A stretch of 20,000 nt of DNA from Emiliania huxleyi CCMP1516 (taxonomy: Eukaryota): NCBI RefSeq assembly GCF_000372725.1, contig NW_005201551.1, forward strand, positions 436,155 to 456,154. Reading direction: 5' to 3'. Positions 8,669-16,370 of the stretch are shown in pieces. How positions within the stretch are numbered: the stretch's first letter is position 1; the number at the start of each line of letters is the position of its first letter. The translations under genes and the position numbers were made by a program. Below the pieces are notes generated by a model. That model was not told the origin of the DNA, did no database searches, and saw only the letters and a list, made by a program, of their open reading frames with translations.

Positions 8669-9200
8669 CGGTGATCGGTGATCAAGTTTCGGCGGCACGT
8701 AACGTCCAAAACAAGGCCACGACTGTCGTCCCCCACCTTCTTAGAGGTATGGGAGCCGCTGGCACCGCGCTGGGCGCCGCGGATGCACGTACGAACGAAC
8801 ATTATGAAATCGGGACGATTTTGACCCAAAAATCACAAGGTGAGCTGAGCGGCACCACGGCCGAGCGTTTTTGATCTCTGGGTCAGTGGGCGCCCGCCCG
8901 CCGCCTCTGAGGGGGTCGGGCCCCCTAGACTGAAAACAAAAACAAAATGCATAAACAGTCAAAAACAGCCTGCGAGAGCGGCGCTGCGCGCCGCCTACCT
9001 CGTGAGTCAGCAGGCTTTTTAACTACTATTAAGTGGAAGCAAGTTGCTTACACTTAATAGTGACGCCGCAAAAGGAGCGGGCGACGGCAATACACTTCCT
9101 GATGAAGGAGCTCAACCGGCTCGAGGACGACGACATCGAGGATGTCATGTTGCGCGATGGCGTCATCCATTTCGTCAGCCACCTTCATCGTGACCGTCGC
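8669..9200 (+). CDS. Possible second gene of the transposon (fragment, unknown function)
   Basis: The open segment 8669-8839 follows ttcag and ends at G|gtgagc. It is phase-compatible with acceptor taatag at 9060, giving ...EHYEIGTILTQKSQ-V-TPQKERATAIHFLMKELNRLEDDDIEDVMLRDGVIHFVSH. Start and end could not be determined, and no domain is recognised. Confidence 0.3.
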
Positions 9201-9703
9201 CACCCTCGCCGCCGTCTCGCCTACGTCGCCGCCGTCGCCATCATGCGATGCAGGCCCATTCATGATGCAGGCCCAGCCACCCCCCTGGCTCCTATGCCGA
9301 CGTGTCCAGCGTGCTCCCCCGTCCGCCGATGTCTCTGCTGCCGCCCAGCGGAGCTCTGCAGCGGGCCCTCCTCGCCGCTTTCGCTGCCGCTGCATCGCTG
9401 TCGGCTCGTCATTTCTGTCTACAGTCATTGGGGGCTGCCATCGCTGTTCTCTCTCTCTCCCTGGGTCAGCTCCAACCTGCCGTGTCGGGACGTCACCCCC
9501 TCGGCTCCTCCCCCCCCCCTTCTCCGCTGAACTGCTTGCTGCTGCTGCTCGCTTTGTCCCAGGAGCCAGGTGCTTGTGTCTAATCGTAGTGGGGGCCCTG
9601 GCCCCCCTCTGTTTTCTGTTTTCTGTTTTTCAAAACGCCCGCCCGCCCGCCACCCCGAGGTGGCTCGGCCCCCCACTGACCCAGAGATCAAAAAACGTCG
9701 GCC
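8859..9703. mobile_element. Possible nested non-autonomous TIR element (~845 bp)
   Basis: A ~32-bp imperfect inverted repeat, GGCCGAGCGTTTTTGATCTCTGGGTCAGTGGG (8859-8890) versus CCCACTGACCCAGAGATCAAAAAACGTCGGCC (9672-9703), is flanked by CAC on both sides. There is weaker subterminal inverted similarity. Confidence 0.5.
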
Positions 9704-9901
9704 CACGCCGCAGGTCGGCGCACTGCGATGTGTCCAAATCCGCACGGAGGCCTCACACTCACAGCCGTCCACTCTCTATCTAAGACCTCGATGCACAGAC
9801 GCTGGACGCATTACTCACATTATACTCTAGCCCCTTGGGCCCACAGCCACACCCGTCCAACACAGAGCTGCCATGCGTAACACCTGGGCACGGCCCACCA
9901 C

Positions 9902-11230
9902 TCACACGAACTGCAGGAACTCTTCGTATGCATCTATAAAGGCGTCATAGTCGCCATTGACAATGTCTGTGTATGCCTCCTCCGTGTCTCCACCTAGCAG
10001 CCTGTGGACGCGCGCAGCGCGCCGGGCCCGTGCGTTGGGTCGCCCGAGGAGCGTCTCAGCGGAGCGCACAAACGCGGGGACTCGAGGGAGCCGCTGCCCA
10101 CGCGCCTGCTCGTACTCTCTCGCACCGTCGAAGTTCGGCGGGAGAACAAGCTGCCCGCCTGGGTGCGGATCTCGCGCTGCGCGCTGGGCGGGGATGCCGC
10201 CGGTGCCGGGGCATCCGGTGCGCCCGGCGATGGAGTGCTGGTTCCACGACGCCTTGAGCAGGTCTAGTCCGGCCTGCACAAGGGGCGTGGCCACCGACGA
10301 GAAGGCGTGCACCTCCTGCGCGTCGTTCTTGTCGAGGAGGTCATTCTCTTCCATAAAGTTGATGAGGCGACGGAAGTGCACCAACACGCGCATGTTCACC
10401 TCGCGGTTGAAGCGCTCGACTGGTGTCTAAACGGTACAAGAGCAGGGGTTAGAGAGAGTGGTGCAGCGGACGCCGCAGAGCGGAGATACGCAAGCGACGT
10501 TGCGGGTGGACGGCACAAAGCGGTGCGCGGCGCGCCCGCCCGCGCGCCCAGCCCTGCGCGCGAGCAGCAGGCAGACAAAGGCGGCCACGTACCACTCCCG
10601 CCCTTTGTCAGTGACGATCTGGTCGGGCAGCGCGTCGGCTGCTAGGAAAGGCGCGACAAACTCCTCGTACACCGTGACGGGCAGCTTGTTCATAAGCGCT
10701 GTCAGTGAGTGCACAAAGCGAGTGCGCCCATCGATCGCTACTGCGACAAAGATGCGGTACTCCTGCAGCTTGCACGCCAAATCAATGTGCGTGGAGTACA
10801 TGAAGTACGGCGCGTGGTAGGCGCCGCGTTGAATCCTGCGGTAGCACCAAGACCGGCGGGCGTCGCTCGCCGCAGGGTCAACTGCGCGCAGCGCCGCCTG
10901 CACCGCCTCGCGCGGCCAGCGCCAGTCGGGGTGGTGCGCTTTCAGCACTCCGAGCAGCATCTTGTAGCCGTAATTCGCGCCGTGGCGCGTTACCTCGAAG
11001 TTCACGATGTCGTTGAAGCGTGGGTGAAGCGGAAGCAGCCGCTCGCGGCCCGAGAGGCCAGCCGCAGCCACGACTTGCTGCACGCGCCGCCGCGTGAGGC
11101 CAGTGAGCGCAGCCACACGCGCCGTGTCGCGCGAATGCGCAAAGAGGTCGAGGATGTTGGCGCGGCTCGAGCCGTGGTCAAGGGTGGGTGCAGCGGTGCA
11201 CGCGGCAGCAAGGAGCAGCGCGCCGTGCAT
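9902..11230 (-). CDS. DDE transposase / integrase core domain protein, ~418 aa, 2 exons (11230-10499, 10426-9902)
   Basis: N-terminal HTH-like segment (TARVAALTGLTRRRVQQVV), then YGYKMLLGVL, AVDP...RRIQRGAY, HIDLACKL (D1), AIDGRTR, PDQIVTDKGRE (D2), STRN|TPVERFNREV (E) and WNQH. The GT-AG intron 10498-10427 (72 bp) restores the frame. Confidence 0.9.
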
Positions 11231-11280
11231 GACGAGAGTGGCCGATCGCCGAAGTCTGTGGCTTCTGTGCTTTGCTTTCT

Positions 11281-11707
11281 CACTTCGAGCTTTTGGTTTC
11301 GCAGTTCTCTGTTTAGCCTTCTAATTTCGCATTTTACATTTTACACATGGCACTTCTGACTTTTGGAGATTGAGTTTTGCATTCTCACTTCGAGCTTTTG
11401 GTTTTGCAGTTTTCTGTTTAGCCTTCTACTTTCGCATTTTACGTATGCCACTTCTGACTTCAACTGTGTGTTTGCACTTCTGCACAACGGCCTTCCAAGT
11501 TCCGCGCAGCTTTGCTGTTGGCAGTTCCACGTTCCTCACACGGTTAGTGGTTTGCACTTAGGACATGACGGAAGCGACTTCTGACTTGTTGCGGTTGACT
11601 TTGGAGTTGCTAACTAGCGTTTGTGGTTTCTACTTTGCACTTCGCTGTGCCGACTTCTGCCTTCCCCCTTACGCATTCACTGTTCCCACTTCACTTCGCC
11701 CCTCATA
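11281..11707 (-). repeat. Right terminal inverted repeat (~430 bp) with an internal ~80-bp duplication
   Basis: Matches the left TIR; segment 11279-11362 is repeated at 11385-11460. Confidence 0.9.
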
Positions 11708-11802
11708 GGCGTACTTTGCAAAGGACACAGGTGGAAAAGTATTATCCTACGGGTGTGGGGGCGCGGAGGGCTTGTTGGCGAGCCAAAATGGTGTTTTCCG
11801 AG

Positions 11803-11897
11803 GCGCTGCGCTAGGCTCAGAGCGAGTTCGCGCTGCGCTAGGCTCAGACGGCGAGTTCGCGCTGCGCTAGGCTCACAGATGGCGAGTGCGCTGCGAT
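11803..11897 (+). repeat. Short tandem repeat with a 27-31 bp unit (GCGCTGCGCTAGGCTCAG...GCGAGTTC)
   Basis: Three near-identical copies plus a partial fourth, upstream of the ATG at 12003. Confidence 0.8.
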
Positions 11898-12002
11898 AGA
11901 TTTGCGCTGCGATGAAAAGACCCCGTTATAGGAGCCGATAACCCAAGGGAGGAAACGCCGCGTTTTCTTCTTGCGTCCAACTCCGGCAGTTGGTCCACCA
12001 GC

Positions 12003-12760
12003 ATGGCAGCCTCCTCCAGCGACCTGCAGGCTCTGCAGCTTGAGAATCGGAACCTGCAGCAAAAGCTCGACTGGAAGCAGCTCAAGATCAACCAGCTCGA
12101 GACGAAAGTTCGCGATCTCCGCGACGGCGGCCTCGCCGCCAACCTCGAGCGCCTCGAGCGGTCGCTCTGCCGGCTGTCGCTGCAGATGGAGCACGTGCAG
12201 CTCGTCATCAAGAAGCCGGAGTGGTCGTTTCACACCTTTGCGATGCCGGAGACCACCGCCTCCTCGGCGCACACCATCTTTGTCCGGCCGCCCAGCGGGG
12301 AAAGGCTCGAGGTGACCATCCCGCCGGGCAAGCTGCCGGGCGAGCTCTTTACCGTGATGCTCAAGGACGAGGACGCGTTCCCGCCGGACTGGCCGTGGTT
12401 CGCGGCGCCGCCCGCGGCGCCCGCGCACTCCGCGCCGCCGCCGTGGGCGGAGGAGCAGCCGGCGGCGCAGGAGGGCGAGGACGGGGAGGAGGGCGCAGGG
12501 ACGAGGAAGAGGCAGACGAGGCGGCCCTCCGGAAGAAAGCCAAGGCAAAGGCCGATGTCGAGCGGCGCAAGGAGCAGCGGCACGCCGCGGCCGCGGCGGC
12601 AGGCCGCGAGCCCGGCCAGCGTGGCAACCCAAACTGGGTCAAGAGCGACGCGCGGCCGGCACGGCCGGAGGGAGGATCCTCCTCCTCCTCGACCTCGGCG
12701 GCCGCGATCAGCCACCTGTGGGCGGTTACCGGGGTCGCGGTCAAGCTCGCGACGGGGTGA
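12003..12760 (+). pseudogene. Hypothetical coiled-coil protein with an apparent frameshift near 12495-12500
   Basis: Coding-like sequence (LQALQLENRNLQQKLDWKQLKINQLETKVRDL; LEVTIPPGKLPGELFTV) runs to AQEGEDGEEGA. The acidic/basic sequence then continues in another frame as DEEEADEAALRKKAKAKADVERRKEQR...KLATG*, stopping at 12760. It could be a sequencing error in an intact gene. Confidence 0.55.
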
Positions 12761-12836
12761 ATCTGGTGCGTCTAGGATCACTGGTGGGCTGGGTGTGCAG
12801 CAGCAGCGCTCAAAAAGAGGCAAAAAACTCGAGAGA

Positions 12837-12972
12837 CTTCGCTGCCGCTCCTGTGATACTGCCGCTGCCGCTACTCTTACTTGACTGCGCTGCCGCTACT
12901 TACTTACTTTACTTCGCTGCCGCTACTTTGACTCGACTCACTTCGCTGCCGCTACTGCGCTGCCGCTACTTT
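12837..12972 (+). repeat. Degenerate minisatellite built on CGCTGCCGCTACT and TTAC
   Basis: About 6-7 copies of gctgccgctact or close variants, interspersed with ttac repeats. Confidence 0.75.
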
Positions 12973-13261
12973 AGCTCCCGCATGCTCTCGCTCGATCTAT
13001 CCGATTAATCCGATCTTCCGAAAAGCGGCCATTTTCACATTTTTAAGAGATGCTTCTGGCTCCAAATCTCATCTCCACTTATCTCGGTCGCGTCTGCGGA
13101 CTGAGAAAGTAAAAAGCCTCCGCTCGGAAGGTGTCTCAGCTCGGACGTCCAATCAGGGCGCCGCAGCCCCGGGTTGAGCGCGGCCGGCGCAAGCCTCGGC
13201 CTCCGCCGCACCCCGCCGCGCGGCGTGAGCCGGCACTCGCGCTGGCGGGGCGGCGGCGGTG

Positions 13262-13449
13262 ACGCCGCCGTCACCGCCGCCGCCCTCTCCGCCGCCCAGT
13301 CCACCGCCCTCGCCCCCACCGCCGGCCCGCCTAGTCCGCCACCCTTGCCTCCACCGCCCTCGCCCCCCCAACCCTCGCCGCCACCCCCTCCGCCGCCCTC
13401 GCCACCACCACCGTCTCCGCCACCGCCGCCGCTCCCACCACCCTCTCCT
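13262..13449 (+). repeat. C-rich low-complexity tract translating as SPPP repeats
   Basis: CCG/CCA/TCG-rich; same sequence class as 14240-15430 but on the opposite strand. Confidence 0.6.
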
Positions 13450-13747
13450 AGAAAACCCCAAAAAATCCCCCCCGGTGTTTCTCAACACCACCATTGTTTT
13501 TTCTTTCTCCCACTGACGGGCTGGGAGGTCTTGCGGCGCAGCCGCACCCCAGCACATAAGGCGCACAGATAAGTCTCGCACAGCGTACGTACCTTACTCA
13601 CTCACACGTCGCACCTCACATAGAAGCACAGTGTGTCGAGGCAGTGTGTCGATGCGGAGTTTGTCGAGGCGGTGTAAGGTAAGGTAAGGTAAGGTAAATA
13701 CAGCCAAAACGGGCCGTGCCGCGTTTGTGAGAGGCGAGGCGGGCAGA

Positions 13748-14236
13748 GGGCAGGGCAGAGGCCGAGGCAGGGCAGAGGCCGAGGCAGGGCAGAGGCCGAG
13801 GCAGGGCAGAGGCCGAGGCAGGGCAGAGGCCGAGGCAGGGCCAGAGCAGAGGCCGAGGCAGGGCCAGAGGCGAGGCCGAGGCAGGGCCAGAGGCGAGGCT
13901 GTCGAGGCAGGGCCAGAGGCGAGGCTGTCGAGGCAGGGCCAGAGGCCGAGGCAGGGCAGAGGCCGAGGCAGGGCAGAGGCCGAGGCAGGGCAGAGGCCGA
14001 GGCAGGGCAGAGGCCGAGGCAGGGCAGAGGCCGAGGCAGGGCAGAGGCCGAGGCAGGGCAGGGGCCGAGGCAGGGCAGAGGCCGAGGCAGGGCAGAGGCC
14101 CGAGGCAGGGCAGAGGCCGAGGCAGGGCAGAGGCCGAGGCAGGGCAGAGGCCGAGGCAGGGCAGAGGCCGAGGCAGGGCCAGAGGCGAGGCTGTCGAGGC
14201 AGTGTGTCGAGGCAGTGTGTGGAGGCAGTGTGTCGA
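13748..14236 (+). repeat. 17-bp minisatellite (GGCAGGGCAGAGGCCGA)n, ~25 copies, flanked by GAGGCAGTGTGTC units and (TAAGG)4
   Basis: Direct tandem array with variant units. 13-bp units lie at 13627-13651 and 14195-14236, and (taagg)4 at about 13675-13694. Confidence 0.9.
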
Positions 14237-14239
14237 GGG

Positions 14240-15430
14240 GGCGGCGATGGTGGCGGCGGAGGCAGAGGCAGAGGCAGAGGCGGCGGCGGCAGAGGGGCAG
14301 AGAGGCAGAGGCGGCAGAAGCAGAGGCAGAGGCAGAGGAGGTCGGCGGCAGAGGCGGCGAGGTGGCGAGGGCGGCGAGGGCGGCGAGGGATGCGAGGGGG
14401 GCGAGGGCGGTGAGGGCTGTGAGGTGGCTGGGCGGAGAGGCGGCGGTGACGGACTGCTGCGGGGCGAGGCGGAGCGAGGAGGCGGAGGCGGCGCCGGCCA
14501 GGCTGAGGCGAGGCGGAGGCAGTCGAGGCAGCGTGGGCCGGCGGAGGGCGCGGGGCAGGGGCAGCAGTGAGGGCAGTGGACGGCCGTGTGCGCGGGTGCA
14601 GGAGGCGGGCGGCGGCAGAGAGGCAGAGAGGCGGCGGTGACAGACTGCTGCGGGGCGACAGCGTCGGCGAGGGCGGCGGCGGCGAGGGTGGCGGCGGCGA
14701 GGGCGGTGGCGGGGACGGCGAAGGAGGCGAGGGCGGCGGCAGCGACGGCGGCGGCGGCGACGGGGGCGGCGGCGAGGGCGGAGGCGGCGAGGGCGGAGGA
14801 GGCGAGGGCGGCGGCGGCGACCGGGGCGGCGGTGATGGCGGCGGCGGCGAGGGAGGAGGAGGCGAGGGCGGAGGCGGCGAGGGCGGCGGCGGGCTCGGCG
14901 AGGGCGGCAAGGGCGGCGGCGGCGAGGGGGGCGGCGGCAAGGGCGGCGGCGGCGACGGAGGTGCTGGCGAGGGCGGTGCAGGCGACGGCGGAGGCGGCGA
15001 GGGGGGCGGCGGAGGCGGCGAGGGCGGCGGCGGGCTCGGCGAGGGCGGCGAGGGCGGCGGCGGCGAGGGGGGCGGCGGCGACGGCGGCGGAGGCGAGGGT
15101 GGCGGGCTGACAGCGGCGGACAGGGTCGAGGCAAGGGCGGCGGCGGAAAGGCAGGTGGAGGCGAGGGCGGTGGCAGCGCGGGCGGCGGCGGTGACGGCGA
15201 TGGCGGCGATGGCGGCGATGGCGGCTATGGCGGCGGCGGCGAGGGCGGCGGTGGAGAGGGCGGGGGCGGCGAGGGTGGTGGTGGAGATGGAGGCGCCGGC
15301 GAGGGCGGCGGCGAGGGCGGCGGCGGCGAGGGCGGCGGCGGCGAGGGCGGTGACGCTGGTGGCGGTAGCGAGGGCGGCGGCGAGGGTGGCGGCGGCGAGG
15401 GTGGAGACGAGAGTGGCGGCGGCGAGGGCG
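14240..15430 (-). repeat. GGC/GAG-rich low-complexity region that translates as extensin-like (SPPPP)n on the minus strand
   Basis: Long SPPPP runs at about 14660-15105 and 15225-15430 are in different frames. No signal peptide or globular domain is seen, so coding status is unresolved. Confidence 0.65.
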
Positions 15431-15896
15431 GCGGCGACGGCTGGAGGCGAGGGCGAGAGCGGCGTCGTGCCAGACGGCGGCGGATGCGAGGGCAGCGGTG
15501 GTGCTGGTGGCGGCGGCGAGGGTGGCGCGACGGAGGAGGCACCGGCGACGGGTGTGAGGGCTTGCGGCGGCGAGGGCGGAGACGAGGGTGGCGGCGGCGA
15601 GGGCGGCTGCGACGGCTGGAGGCGAGGGCGAGAGCGGCGGCGTGCCAGACGGCGGCGGATGCGAGGGCAGCGGTGGGGCTGGTGGCGGCGGCGAGGGTGG
15701 CGCGACGGAGGAGGCACCGGCGGCGGGTGTGAGGGCGTGCGGCGGCGAGGGCGGAGACGAGGGTGGCGGCGGCGAGGGCGGCGGCGACGGCTGGAGGCGA
15801 GGGCGAGAGCGGCGGCGTGCCAGACGGCGGCGGATGCGAGGGCAGCGGTGGGGCTGGTTTCGGGGGCGAGGGTGGCGCGACGGAGGAGGCACCGGC
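15410..15896 (+). repeat. 175-bp tandem repeat, ~2.8 copies, running into the gap
   Basis: The motif cgacggctggaggcgaggg recurs at 15435, 15610 and 15785. A degraded copy continues after the gap (about 15997-16208). Confidence 0.9.
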
Positions 15897-15996
15897 NNNN
15901 NNNNNNNNNNNNNNNNNNNNNNNNNNNNNNNNNNNNNNNNNNNNNNNNNNNNNNNNNNNNNNNNNNNNNNNNNNNNNNNNNNNNNNNNNNNNNNNN
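15897..15996. other. Assembly gap (100 N)
   Basis: Run of exactly 100 N. Confidence 1.
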
Positions 15997-16370
15997 GGGC
16001 GCCGGCCACCGCTTTATTGCGAGGGCAAAAACGGCGGCTTTCCAACGGGCGGCGGAATGCAAGGGCCACGGTGGGGCTTGTGCCGGCCGCCAAGGTGCCC
16101 CAACGGAGGAGGCCCCGGCGACGGGTTTAAGGGCTTCCGGCGCGAAGGGCGGAAACGAAGGTGGCGGTGGGGAGGGCGGCTGCGACGGGGGAGGAGGCGA
16201 GGGCGGCTCGAGACCACGCGTGCACGCGGTCCCAAGGTTTTTTCTTTTTCGGTTTGCTCTGGTAGTCCTCCTCATCGACGCCACATTCAATCAGAGCCTG
16301 CGAGGTTAACCGAGACCGTGCTCTTCGAGCCGACGGCGTGTCGTGTTGTGCGAGGCTACGTGTGCGACGA

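Larger units (their letters stand above)
7976..11707. mobile_element. Complete TIR DNA transposon, IS3EU-like (eukaryotic IS3/integrase-type DDE), 3732 bp
   Basis: Termini are TATGAGGGGCGAAGT...ACTTCGCCCCTCATA. The first 36 bp of the TIRs are identical, with 3 mismatches in the first 91 bp. GGCGTAC is duplicated at 7969-7975 and 11708-11714. An internal DDE transposase gene is present. The superfamily call comes from motif recall, not a search. Confidence 0.9.

Noticed and set aside
11183..11230. Signal-peptide-like N-terminus of the transposase (MHGALLLAAACTAA)
   Set aside because: The hydrophobic stretch is short, in an Ala/Leu-biased GC-rich genome, and the true start is uncertain.
13450..13600. 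Junction between oppositely oriented SPPP tracts, suggesting an inversion; similar homopolymer-rich sequence at 15997-16260
   Set aside because: Looks like low-quality read tails, and no exact inverted repeat could be established by eye.
13594..16309. Very long ORFs (898, 825, 580, 510 aa) on both strands
   Set aside because: They run through minisatellites and an N gap, and are open in several frames because of GC-rich low complexity.
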